The notes: generated from the sequence alone by a model not told the origin. DNA of 38,360 nucleotides from Bdellovibrionales bacterium (GCA_031416685.1 JANOUF010000444.1:1-38360), one strand, 5' to 3'. Counted from the first letter of the stretch, positions 24,490 through 33,234 are shown. Translations and numbers: made by a program.

Positions 24490-25839
24490 TTGGGAACATC
24501 GACGGCGAAACAGCGTAAGTCTACTTGGAAAGATACCCTTCGTTCACTGAAGCAGCCGAAGGTAGCCGTCATGGCTGCACTTGGTTTAGCGGCGGGACTT
24601 CCCTTCATGATGATCGGAAATACTCTTGGGTTTTGGTTACGCGAAAGCGGGATCGAACTTGCGACTATCGGTTATCTGTCATGGGTTGGACTTTTCTATT
24701 CGTATAAATTTTTATGGGCACCGCTCGTTGATAAAATGGACGCTCCCGTGCTTGGCCGACTGCTCGGTCGACGTCGTGGATGGATGATGCTGTCGCAAAT
24801 TATCGTCGGCGGAAGCTTGCTTGGCATGGCGATCGTAAAGCCCGAAGGCGGCATTATGTTGTTCACTGGCCTCGCGGCACTCGCGGGCCTGGCAAGTGCG
24901 ACTCAGGACATCGTCGTTGATGCGTGGCGAATTGAAGTGTCCGATGACAGCGAAGAGATGGCACTGTTGTCCTCGTCTTATCAATTGGGATACAGAGCCG
25001 CGATGTCGCTAACCGATGCATGGATTCTCGTCATTGCTGCTGGCGTCGGCTGGTCACTCTCGTACGCAACAATTGCCGCGCTAATGGTGATTGGTGTGAT
25101 CGCAACTTATTTTGCAAAAGAACCGAAGCGTGTTGAAACGCTCTCAGTAGCTCCTGCGCGAAAAACAAATTTGAGATTTTGGAAAGTGGTAGACGCGATT
25201 GCAGGTCCGTTCGTCGTATTTTTCAGAACTTACGGTGTGCAAGCTGCTCTCATGCTCACTGCGATTAGTTTTTATCGACTGCCAGATTTCATCATGGGAC
25301 CGATGGCTAATCCATTTTATGTGGACCTCGGAATTGCTAAAGAAGTCGTAGGGTCAGTACGAGGGACGATCGGCCTGGTTGCCTCAATCGGTGGTATTAC
25401 CGCTGCAGGATTGTGCGCGGTAACATTAGGATTTCGAACCACATTTATAGTTGGAGCGATACTCGGTCCCGCTTCGAATCTCGGGTTTTCATTTCTCGCA
25501 ATGTATGGCGCTTCAATCGGAAGTTTTTCGGTCGTAATGGCGATCGATAACTTCGCTAGCGGCTTTGCTGGAACTGCGCTCGTCGGATATATGTCGAGCC
25601 TTACCGCGATTGGCTATTCAGCGACACAGTATGCGCTTCTTAGTTCTTTCTATACGATTCTTGGAAAGTTCCTTAAGGGTTTTTCAGGTGCATGGGTGCA
25701 AAAACTCACGCCTCCAGATCCGAATTTAAAGATGATGGGCTTTGCTTATTTCTTTTTTGCAACGGCACTAATCGGAATTCCTGCGGTCATTCTTTGTTTC
25801 TTCCTTGCGAACAATACAAAGAAAACGGCTAAGTCGTAG
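24490..25839 (+). CDS. ampG: AmpG-family MFS permease (muropeptide transporter)
   Basis: LGLAAGLPFMMIGNTLGFWLRESGIELATIGYLSWVGLFYSYKFLWAPLVD matches the AmpG N-terminal signature. Multi-TM throughout. The start is uncertain: TTG 24490 has GAGG 6 nt upstream, while the track start TTG 24460 has none. Confidence 0.85.
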   Translation: MGTSTAKQRKSTWKDTLRSLKQPKVAVMAALGLAAGLPFMMIGNTLGFWLRESGIELATIGYLSWVGLFYSYKFLWAPLVDKMDAPVLGRLLGRRRGWMMLSQIIVGGSLLGMAIVKPEGGIMLFTGLAALAGLASATQDIVVDAWRIEVSDDSEEMALLSSSYQLGYRAAMSLTDAWILVIAAGVGWSLSYATIAALMVIGVIATYFAKEPKRVETLSVAPARKTNLRFWKVVDAIAGPFVVFFRTYGVQAALMLTAISFYRLPDFIMGPMANPFYVDLGIAKEVVGSVRGTIGLVASIGGITAAGLCAVTLGFRTTFIVGAILGPASNLGFSFLAMYGASIGSFSVVMAIDNFASGFAGTALVGYMSSLTAIGYSATQYALLSSFYTILGKFLKGFSGAWVQKLTPPDPNLKMMGFAYFFFATALIGIPAVILCFFLANNTKKTAKS

Positions 25840-25852
25840 ACTAAACGTGACG

Positions 25853-25873
25853 AGAGGCCACACTGTGGCCTCT
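25853..25873 (+). terminator. Terminator hairpin after ampG
   Basis: agaggccac / act / gtggcctct is a perfect 9 bp stem. It is followed by tatcgtt. Confidence 0.6.
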
Positions 25874-25896
25874 TATCGTTAACGATTTAGAGAGTA

Positions 25897-25929
25897 GAAC
25901 TCTACACTCCCATCAAGAACTCACACTCC
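25897..25929 (+). promoter_or_regulatory. Direct repeat GAACTC(T)ACACTCC x2, 20 nt start-to-start, upstream of gene 25999
   Basis: gaactctacactcc is at 25897..25910 and gaactcacactcc is at 25917..25929, about 70-100 nt upstream of ATG 25999. Confidence 0.3.
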
Positions 25930-25998
25930 TGAAAACATAGAATGAACTTTGTAGATTCCTTTAGAGAATCTCTTTTTCATCATTAAAGGAGTGCTGTA

Positions 25999-26409
25999 AT
26001 GGCCACTGAAAACAAGACTACTAACAACAATAATAAATCATCAGGTAATAAATCGACGAATATCGAGTCTAATAACCAGTCGACGAAATCAGCTGCTGGA
26101 TCAACCGCGTTGTCGCGGGACTCAGTGATTTCATTCGATAAAGTTTTCGATAAAGTTCCAGAATTTGTCGATCAGTTGATCACCCAATTGTTCCAACAGC
26201 TTGAGCCGAAAGTACGTGAGTACGCTATGACCTATGCAAATCGCGTTGTAGATGCGGGCACTCAGCTACCTACGCAGCTTGTTTCTCGCGTACGTCAAAA
26301 TCCGCTTTACGCGATAGGCGCAGTGGTGCTCCTAGTCGGAGGTATCAGCCTCTTAATGAGCGATCAATCGGTTGGCACTAAAGCAAAAGCAACAAAAGAC
26401 CTTCATTAA
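25999..26409 (+). CDS. Tail-anchored membrane protein, DUF883 (ElaB/YqjD)-like, with an Asn/Ser-rich N-terminus
   Basis: 136 aa ORF with AAAGGAG upstream. Low-complexity stretch TTNNNNKSSGNKSTNIESNNQSTKS. The C-terminal QNPLYAIGAVVLLVGGISLLM resembles the DUF883 membrane anchor. Confidence 0.6.
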   Translation: MATENKTTNNNNKSSGNKSTNIESNNQSTKSAAGSTALSRDSVISFDKVFDKVPEFVDQLITQLFQQLEPKVREYAMTYANRVVDAGTQLPTQLVSRVRQNPLYAIGAVVLLVGGISLLMSDQSVGTKAKATKDLH

Positions 26410-26432
26410 TCAATTCTAAAATCTTATGAGGT

Positions 26433-26463
26433 GAGGCGCGACGTGGCTTAGAGGTCGCGCCTC
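26433..26463 (+). terminator. Rho-independent terminator
   Basis: gaggcgcgac / 11-nt loop / gtcgcgcctc is a perfect 10 bp stem. It runs into a T-rich tract. Confidence 0.75.
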
Positions 26464-26468
26464 TGATC

Positions 26469-26507
26469 TTCTTTCTGGCCTTTTTTCTGGTCTTTTTTCT
26501 GATCTTT
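26469..26507 (+). repeat. Three tandem 12-nt T-rich units (TTTTTTCTGGTC-like), copy B of a two-locus motif
   Basis: The units are ttctttctggcc ttttttctggtc ttttttctgatc ttt. The partner locus is at 23402..23440. Confidence 0.6.
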
Positions 26508-26566
26508 GATGACAAACAAATTCCCGAACTCCAATCTTTAACTTCATAAAGCAAATGAGGTTATAG

Positions 26567-27049
26567 ATGTTGAAGTGGATTTTTGCCGTGGTCGTTGTCT
26601 CAATGGTGATGAGCGGATGTAGTTCGAAGCCTCGCAAAATGGAAGCGCTCGATTCTGGATACGAGAAGATCACGATTGCCCGTGCGGATATTCCCAGTGA
26701 TAACGAGCCAATCAAACCTGAATTCGTTTCTGAGATCAGAAAATCTAACGACGTCATAACAATTCTTGAAACCTACTCCCCAAAGCGCGGTCAGCAGCAG
26801 AATTTAGTCGAGGCCTTGACGGCGCAGTTTCGTCGAATGTCAGGGAAAGTCCCTGGGCTCGTCTCGTTCAATCTTCATAAGAGTACGAGCAAGACGGGTC
26901 GGGTTTACAACTACATTCAATTTGATTCGAAAGGCGCATTGGCAGCGTGGCAAGCGAGTTCGCCGTATCGCTCTCACCTAGAGGCCGTATCGCCGTTTAT
27001 CGTGTCAGCTGAGCCGGATGTAGTAGAGGTCTTCTACATCCAACACTAA
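26567..27049 (+). CDS. Probable lipoprotein with an ABM (antibiotic biosynthesis monooxygenase / Dabb)-like domain
   Basis: 160 aa ORF with GAGG upstream. Signal peptide plus Cys: MLKWIFAVVVVSMVMSGC. The C-terminal ~95 aa has an ABM-like pattern (ITILETYSPKRGQQQNLVEAL...PGLVSFNLHKS...YIQFDSKGALAAW). Confidence 0.5.
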   Translation: MLKWIFAVVVVSMVMSGCSSKPRKMEALDSGYEKITIARADIPSDNEPIKPEFVSEIRKSNDVITILETYSPKRGQQQNLVEALTAQFRRMSGKVPGLVSFNLHKSTSKTGRVYNYIQFDSKGALAAWQASSPYRSHLEAVSPFIVSAEPDVVEVFYIQH

Positions 27050-27051
27050 CT

Positions 27052-28815
27052 TTACTTTGCCGTGATCGAAAATGCCCCAGGGAAATCTTGGGTCACTCGC
27101 ATATCAGGAACGAGCGGACGTCGAACGTCGGCTCCGCCTACAGAGAAAATAAATTTCTCAAGATCAAACGACTCATTTTTTGAAGTCAGCATCTGCTCGA
27201 CTTCTGAATACGCTTCTTCTCCGCGGACAATGAGGCGCCAGCTTGTCGCCGACGGGTCATCGTTGTCGGTGAATGGTGAACCTTCGCGCTGATGATTCAT
27301 CAAGTAGTACTTCTCGGTTATTTTCTTTAGATGTGTTTTAGTCAAACACCCGTAGGCGCCGCGTACTTTCGCGATCTTTGGCTGAACAATCACGCAACGG
27401 CGTAACTGTAAATCGAGATTGTAGCCATCTGTGTACACTTGGAAATGCTGACCTTCATGGATTTGAGCATTAAAGATTTTCTCTTTCGTGCGCGCCCGCA
27501 TCAGGAGTACGTTCATACCAGCAGAAATCTTCGCACCACCCGAAAGGTGAGCGCCGCCAACGTTCATACCACGATGGATTCCGAAATCGCCGTAAGCGCT
27601 ACCCGTGATGTTTTGATTCACCTCTTGGCGTGAAATCACAAGGTGGTTTAGATCGCGAGTCAAATTTAAGTATCGTGTATTCGTAAGCTCGGGGACATAT
27701 TGAACGCCGCGAACAGAATCAACTAAGTCGCGATTTTCAAAATGGAAAAAGCGTCCCCAGCCGCTCTTCAAACATTCTTGGCGGGCGTTTCGTTTTTGCC
27801 CCATCAGTCGTGGGATCAACTCTTGTGGATCGACCATTAAGTTTGCCGGAATAAGCTCGGCACATAATTGTCTGCTCAACTCGACGTCTTGTCTGGTCCA
27901 ACCCAAAGTTTTTTTACCGAGGATACGATTGTCTATGAACTGTTGATTCTTAATTTTTGAGTAGCCTGCGACGCCCAACATTTGAACGCCGTTGACGGAT
28001 TTATTAGCGCGGAGTCGCGCTTGCTCCAAGCGAGTTGGTAGATCTACCAGTAAATCGGCCGATAAACCTTCAGAGCCGTCTTCTATGTCACGCAATTCGA
28101 GATCAATGCGGTTCGCACGTAAAGGACCTGCTTGGGCGTAGTAGACTCCCGTATCTGCGCGCTCTGCTGCAGTCCCGATCGGCTCTAAAACAACGACAGC
28201 CATCGAGCGACTGAGAACAGCGGCGACGTCGTGAATGCGCAGAGTGATGTCTTCAGAGACGTTACCGTCGAACCGAGTTTTCACAACGCCAGAAAATTCT
28301 GCGATGAGGTGATCGGCCGTCAGTTCTCCGTTTTCAAAACTTTCCTGAGTGAAAAGAAGAACTGAAATCTTAAACTGACCTTTGCGAATCGGCTCAATTG
28401 CGTCGTCACCATTTTCGCGTTCAGTTTTTATCCGCGGATCGACACGAAGAAGAAACTTCTGTGCAGGTTTGAGCGTGAGAAGTTCGTTCACGCGTGTTTT
28501 CTTTTTGTCGTGACCCTGGAACATTAATGCCAACCACGGAGCCCACGCCTTTGCTAACCCTCTGGCTGGCTTTGTCACCTGTTGCTGATCGGCAGCAGGT
28601 TTCGCAGGTACCGGTAGAATTTCAGAATGAATTTCATCTGACGGATGCGCAGGATTGTAACTCATCTGCACGCGGGTTCGGTTTTGGCGGCTTGCCGCTG
28701 ACGTACCTTCTTGAGTTACGAAATCGGGTTCGTTTGAGTTAGCGAGATTCGAACTTAAGATCACCGCGAGAGCCGCTGCTATACGAATGAATCTATTCTT
28801 GTTTTTCGAAACCAC
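27052..28815 (-). CDS. Large exported protein, no recognisable family
   Basis: 587 aa ORF. Signal peptide MVSKNKNRFIRIAAALAVILSSNLANS. Gly-rich segment GSAYGDFGIHRGMNVGGAHLSGGAKISAGMNV. Composition and codon usage look similar to the neighbouring genes. Confidence 0.65.
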   Translation of the reverse strand: MVSKNKNRFIRIAAALAVILSSNLANSNEPDFVTQEGTSAASRQNRTRVQMSYNPAHPSDEIHSEILPVPAKPAADQQQVTKPARGLAKAWAPWLALMFQGHDKKKTRVNELLTLKPAQKFLLRVDPRIKTERENGDDAIEPIRKGQFKISVLLFTQESFENGELTADHLIAEFSGVVKTRFDGNVSEDITLRIHDVAAVLSRSMAVVVLEPIGTAAERADTGVYYAQAGPLRANRIDLELRDIEDGSEGLSADLLVDLPTRLEQARLRANKSVNGVQMLGVAGYSKIKNQQFIDNRILGKKTLGWTRQDVELSRQLCAELIPANLMVDPQELIPRLMGQKRNARQECLKSGWGRFFHFENRDLVDSVRGVQYVPELTNTRYLNLTRDLNHLVISRQEVNQNITGSAYGDFGIHRGMNVGGAHLSGGAKISAGMNVLLMRARTKEKIFNAQIHEGQHFQVYTDGYNLDLQLRRCVIVQPKIAKVRGAYGCLTKTHLKKITEKYYLMNHQREGSPFTDNDDPSATSWRLIVRGEEAYSEVEQMLTSKNESFDLEKFIFSVGGADVRRPLVPDMRVTQDFPGAFSITAK

Positions 28816-28930
28816 CGCGGGCCTCCGATAGAGGGCAAAGAGGGACTCTACCTGAGCTTTTGGGGCGCCGCACTAAGTAGTTGAAACCGCTGCAAATATT
28901 GCGAAACGAGTGCCGTAAAGGGTCACTCTT

Positions 28931-29617
28931 CTAGAACAGCCTGCTTTTAGTGACATCACCGTTGGCTTTGATGTGCGGCCAATACCAGCTGTATTTTTTT
29001 AAGCTCGAGCGGGCAGGTTCTTTTCCTTCCCGATAGAAACGATAGAGTCCGTTCACTTCTTTGAGGTCAACCTGCATAAATCCTTCAGTCGAAGTAGCAG
29101 GGAGGATGTGCATGAACCGACTTGTTTCAGAGCTGTAAACTTTCGAGAGAATTTTAGTTTTCAGTTCGTACTGTGAGGGTTTTAGTTCGACCGTGAAATC
29201 GGGGAACGCATTGTAGGCGCTACTAAAAACTTTGTGCGTTTTCGCAAACGTATTGTGAACCGCGAAGCTCACATCTTGATGATGAGGATGGCCATACTCT
29301 CCAATAATTCCATGAGTAAAAACTTGAGTCGGCGAAGGAAACTCTTTAAGCGTCGCCATCAGTTTCTCAACATTTAAACGCCGGCTAAAAACATCCGGAA
29401 AACTCAACCAACTGCTTTGCTGAACTTTCAGAAGTTTGCATGCCTTTGAGAATTGTTGTCTACGCTTTGCACCCATGCCGTCGGCATTTGCGTCGGTAAC
29501 GCACACCACATGCCACGGCAGTTTGCGATAATTGAGAAGGAGCGCACCGAAAAAAATCGTCTCATCGTCTGGATGGGCCACGACCAGGAGATTGTATTTG
29601 GATGCAGTCTTTGCCAT
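28931..29617 (-). CDS. PIG-L / LmbE family N-acetylglucosaminyl deacetylase
   Basis: 228 aa ORF with LLVVAHPDDETIFFG (AHPDDE motif) and GHPHHQDV. Confidence 0.85.
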   Translation of the reverse strand: MAKTASKYNLLVVAHPDDETIFFGALLLNYRKLPWHVVCVTDANADGMGAKRRQQFSKACKLLKVQQSSWLSFPDVFSRRLNVEKLMATLKEFPSPTQVFTHGIIGEYGHPHHQDVSFAVHNTFAKTHKVFSSAYNAFPDFTVELKPSQYELKTKILSKVYSSETSRFMHILPATSTEGFMQVDLKEVNGLYRFYREGKEPARSSLKKYSWYWPHIKANGDVTKSRLF

Positions 29618-30267
29618 GGTGTAATTCTACCTTATGGAACTGTCTCCGTGGAACTGATCTCTTGGATTTAATCAAATGTAAAACACACGACGAGATTGTG
29701 GAGCGCGCGCACCTTTGGTGTGAGTCGCGCGTCAAGTCTTGCGAAGCACAGTCGATTTTCCTACCCGCGGGAAATACGCCGACCGCACTCTTTAAGTATT
29801 GGGAAAAAATTAAGCCACGCTTCCTTGAGGGCAAACGCTTTCTTCAAGTTGATGATGTCATTACGGGGAAGCACCAAGGCATGTTTCGTCGTTATTTTGA
29901 AGACAACCTACCTTCGTATAAACATCAGCTGCAAAAGCTCGAGACAGGCAACGAAGTAGCCGATCTCGCGATTCTTGGTTTCGGGATCAATGGCCACGTT
30001 GCGTTTCACGAGCCGGGAATCCCAATGGATTTTTTTTCAGGGTGTTTGCCACTCAGTGAAGAGAGCAAGAAAACTTTGTCGTTGGAAAGTGATGCTTGGG
30101 GTTTAACGTACGGTCTCGGCGCGTTATTAAAGACAAAAGCCATTTTGTTTATTGTCACAGGCGAAAAAAAACGCCCGATGTTCGAGCGCTTTCAAAAAGA
30201 AACTGACACGTTCCCGGCGGCTTGTTTGAAGTCACACCGGGATTTAACCGTGTTGGTTGATTTCTAA
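29602..30267 (+). CDS. Glucosamine-6-phosphate deaminase / 6-phosphogluconolactonase family protein (short NagB-like)
   Basis: FLPAGNTPTALFKYW and GFGINGHVAFHEPG match the NagB/Pgl family. The start is uncertain. ATG 29602 has AGGAG 11 nt upstream but overlaps the divergent PIG-L start by 16 nt. In-frame TTG 29662 gives a more typical N-terminus (MDLIKCKTHDEIVE). Confidence 0.75.
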   Translation: MQSLPWCNSTLWNCLRGTDLLDLIKCKTHDEIVERAHLWCESRVKSCEAQSIFLPAGNTPTALFKYWEKIKPRFLEGKRFLQVDDVITGKHQGMFRRYFEDNLPSYKHQLQKLETGNEVADLAILGFGINGHVAFHEPGIPMDFFSGCLPLSEESKKTLSLESDAWGLTYGLGALLKTKAILFIVTGEKKRPMFERFQKETDTFPAACLKSHRDLTVLVDF

Positions 30268-30286
30268 TCAGTCTACTTCTTAGCTA

Positions 30287-30940
30287 TTACTTTTTGGCGA
30301 CGATCTTAAGATCCAACTTGATGTCGTTGCTAATCACTTTGTTGCCTAAGTTATCAAAGAAAGAATCTGAACCGTAGCGAACGTCGAATTTACTTCGATC
30401 AACAACGGCTTTCCCTTTTGCTTCAGCAGAATCGCCAGTGCGATTGACGGTCACAGGAATGGTGACCGGGCTAGTTTTGCCTTTCATAGAAAGATCGCCA
30501 GTAAACTCGTGAGTGGAACCGTCTTTGCCTTTTACGGGCTTCGCGCTTTTGATCGTGAACGTAGCTGTTGGATATTTTTCCACATCAAAGAAGTCCGGTG
30601 ATTTCAGATGGCCTTCAAGTTTTGCTTTGTCTTTCGGGCTGCTTTCCAAATCTGTGTTTGAGATCGACTTCATATCGAGAGTGATTGTTCCGCCAGTAAT
30701 TTGGTCTCCGGCTAAAATAATTTCACCTGACTGAACGTTCACAGTGCCTTGATGCGCATCTTTAACGACTTTCTTCGAGCCTTCCCAACGAACTTCACTT
30801 GCTGCTGGGTCTACTTTTAATTTTGTTGGTGCAGTAGAAAGTGCTTTTGCAGCTGGAACAGGGTCTTTTGCAAGAGCCGTCGAGCCCATTAATCCGCCCA
30901 TTAAACCAACGACTACGAATGAGAATACGAACGACTTCAT
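30287..30940 (-). CDS. YceI-like periplasmic protein
   Basis: 217 aa ORF with a signal peptide. YceI pattern: VDPAASEVRWEGSK, GTITLDMKSISN, LKSPDFFDVEKYPTATF, FTGDLSMKGKTSPVTIPV. Confidence 0.85.
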   Translation of the reverse strand: MKSFVFSFVVVGLMGGLMGSTALAKDPVPAAKALSTAPTKLKVDPAASEVRWEGSKKVVKDAHQGTVNVQSGEIILAGDQITGGTITLDMKSISNTDLESSPKDKAKLEGHLKSPDFFDVEKYPTATFTIKSAKPVKGKDGSTHEFTGDLSMKGKTSPVTIPVTVNRTGDSAEAKGKAVVDRSKFDVRYGSDSFFDNLGNKVISNDIKLDLKIVAKK

Positions 30941-31117
30941 TTTATCTCCTAATGAATGATCAAAAATTTTTGAGGAACTCTAAGATAAAGTTCAACGGGC
31001 AGACGACGCAAGCGGGGACTTAGATTACATTCGTTTATATTTAAGTGAACTTTGCACTAGGTTGAGTGCCAGTTTAATGCAGGCTAGGTGTAACCGTTCC
31101 TGACATCGTGCGCCGCC

Positions 31118-33181
31118 TTACTCTCGCGAAGGAAATAAGAATTGGCTCGGTTTTGTGGTTAATCGCCGCAGAACTCCGCGCGCAACCGCGAACAACCAAA
31201 GCTTTTTGATGCGTCTTGCACGAATAGCGACAAAAAGCGCCAGTGCAAAACTGACTCCGAAGTTTAAAATCAGCGTGATGACTAGCCCGAAAATTGCCCA
31301 GGCAAGATCAGTTCCGCGAACGGCATTTAAGCCGATCGAGTAAACCGCGAATGTCAGCGCACCGGTTGAGAGCGTAATGTGACGAACATCAAGAGGAGCG
31401 CCGAAAAACGATCCTGCAATTGGAATAAATCCTAATAGGAAACCGACAGTCACGTTTGTGCCTGCGCCATTGATTTCTTTTGCAAAAATATTTGAAACTC
31501 GCGAGGCACCTTTTTTACCGAACAGGAAGGTGAGTCGTCGATTCGTAGCTAGGGCCTGTGGAATTCGGTGGTAAGCCGACCAATTCTCAAGCCATCCTCC
31601 TGAAATTGCAGCGACCCATAACACCGCACCGGTAATTGCGGCAGCCGGAATCGTGAGGCTCGTGATTGGGTTGAGGCTGTGAATTACTTTGAGGGCATAG
31701 TGCGGGTCGATTGTATTGTGCCCAGTTACTCGGAGCACGACGTAATCAAAGAGAATTGCGCCAGGGATAACAAACCCAACGTTGCCGAGTGCGGCGGCGA
31801 ACTGCGAGCGAGTGATACGCGCCACTTCGTCGACGAACTCTTTTAAAAAGCGACGATGATTGAGAAAGCGAAGTTTGTTCGCGAGCGCAGACGCAGTCAT
31901 CGATGGCTGCTTTGTTGCAAGCGCAAAGTGGGCAGCTTGCATCGTGAGGAAGCTCGTTGAGTAATTTAGCCAACTAAACAAGCCCTCAAAGAACATCGGC
32001 ATGTGTGCGCCCGTGATCGCGAACTTGAGCGTCGTCGTCAGCACAGTGACGAGGCCGCCGCCCGCGCCAGCCTTTAACATTTCAAAATATTCGCGAGGTG
32101 ACGAGGTAATGTAATGCTCGCCAGATTGCCCTACGCGTTCGACAACTTTACGTGAAATTAAATCAAGATTTCTTTTCACTAGTGAGCTAATGCTCTCGGC
32201 GTCGTGTCCTTCGCGAATGAGGTCCGCGACGAATTTTTGAATCACGACTGTACGATCGATTGCGGGATGGGGAATTAAAATCGAAATCATAATTTCGACG
32301 CGGTCTAGAAGTCTGCTGAGCGTTTCTAATCGGTAGACGAGTTTTACGCTCACGCCAGTTTGTTCAAGGTGCGCGAAGACGTCTCGAATCCGATCTCGGC
32401 ACGCGACGATTTCCGTTCCCATTGGCGAAGCGAGCGGGTCGACGCCAGCGTTTGTCCGCAAGCGGTCGCTAATTTCAAAGAGTTTTTCGGCCAGTAAACG
32501 AAACGGGGAGTCGACGATTCGTTTGTTCGACATTCGTTGTCGTAAGTCATGCGACATGCCGATCGAGCCGATCATGGTTCCAAGAAGTGATAAGGAATCG
32601 AACATGTCGGCTTTAAGATTTGCGTAGATGATCGAATCTTGCTCGACGTTGTGCGAGATGAGCGAATTGATTTGTTCGATGATGTCGCGCGGAAGCGTTT
32701 CAACCCACGTGTCATCATCGCCATGCACGAAAATGAGAACGAAGATGGGTCCTAGATCATGAAGCTCTGAGGAGCTTGGAAGAAAACGTCGAAAAATCCG
32801 GTTCGACGCTTCAAGAAAAAAGCTTGGTTCACGAGTGAGTCCTGTGAGGCTGAAGAGTTCGAGTGCCGATGCTTCAGCTAAAATCGCCCTGAGTGTACCG
32901 GCCACTTTCGGCTTCCACTCGGGGTTTCGATCGAGCAACTGGAAGAGGAACTTAAGCCTGACCGTTTCAATGCGCTTTATAGTCGAACGCTTACTGTTTT
33001 CACGATCATCAATTCGAGCTGATGATCGAAGCCAAAGAATGATTTGTTGGAGCCACAAGACGCGATCAGAAAGTGGGGCGTAAGGATTGGCATTGGCAAG
33101 TAGCACATCTATGTCTTTGTGCCCGCGAGCACGGTCAAAGGTGCGCTTTAAATTCCGAAACTTATCGACTATGCGACGCAA
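31118..33181 (-). CDS. Large polytopic membrane protein, possibly of the family historically annotated as site-specific recombinase Gcr (PF10136)
   Basis: About 690 aa. The N-terminal soluble region has NANPYAPLSDRVLWLQQIILWLRS, and the C-terminal half is multi-TM. The family assignment comes from memory of the N-terminal signature only. I prefer the start TTG 33181 (GAGGG 7 nt upstream); the track start TTG 33208 has no ribosome-binding site. Confidence 0.4.
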   Translation of the reverse strand: MRRIVDKFRNLKRTFDRARGHKDIDVLLANANPYAPLSDRVLWLQQIILWLRSSARIDDRENSKRSTIKRIETVRLKFLFQLLDRNPEWKPKVAGTLRAILAEASALELFSLTGLTREPSFFLEASNRIFRRFLPSSSELHDLGPIFVLIFVHGDDDTWVETLPRDIIEQINSLISHNVEQDSIIYANLKADMFDSLSLLGTMIGSIGMSHDLRQRMSNKRIVDSPFRLLAEKLFEISDRLRTNAGVDPLASPMGTEIVACRDRIRDVFAHLEQTGVSVKLVYRLETLSRLLDRVEIMISILIPHPAIDRTVVIQKFVADLIREGHDAESISSLVKRNLDLISRKVVERVGQSGEHYITSSPREYFEMLKAGAGGGLVTVLTTTLKFAITGAHMPMFFEGLFSWLNYSTSFLTMQAAHFALATKQPSMTASALANKLRFLNHRRFLKEFVDEVARITRSQFAAALGNVGFVIPGAILFDYVVLRVTGHNTIDPHYALKVIHSLNPITSLTIPAAAITGAVLWVAAISGGWLENWSAYHRIPQALATNRRLTFLFGKKGASRVSNIFAKEINGAGTNVTVGFLLGFIPIAGSFFGAPLDVRHITLSTGALTFAVYSIGLNAVRGTDLAWAIFGLVITLILNFGVSFALALFVAIRARRIKKLWLFAVARGVLRRLTTKPSQFLFPSRE

Positions 33182-33234
33182 TGCTTGACCCTCGTGGTGA
33201 ACAAACAAATGATATTCACTGTAACGGAGGAAAA

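Noticed and set aside
23402-26507. Whether the 12-nt tandem units could be a CRISPR array or a mini-satellite
   Set aside because: The units are 12 nt, directly abutting with no spacers, and only about 3 copies per locus. No cas genes are present, so this is not a CRISPR array.
26416-26757. Minus-strand 113 aa ORF with RPEKRPERRSEARP repeats
   Set aside because: The repeats are simply the translation of the T-rich 12-nt tandem motif. The ORF spans a terminator hairpin and overlaps the start of the lipoprotein gene at 26567.
31118-33208. A possible mobile element or recombinase, because this family is annotated as a site-specific recombinase
   Set aside because: The protein is a polytopic membrane protein with no Tyr/Ser recombinase or DDE motifs. 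There are no flanking inverted or direct repeats, no att-like sites and no compositional shift.
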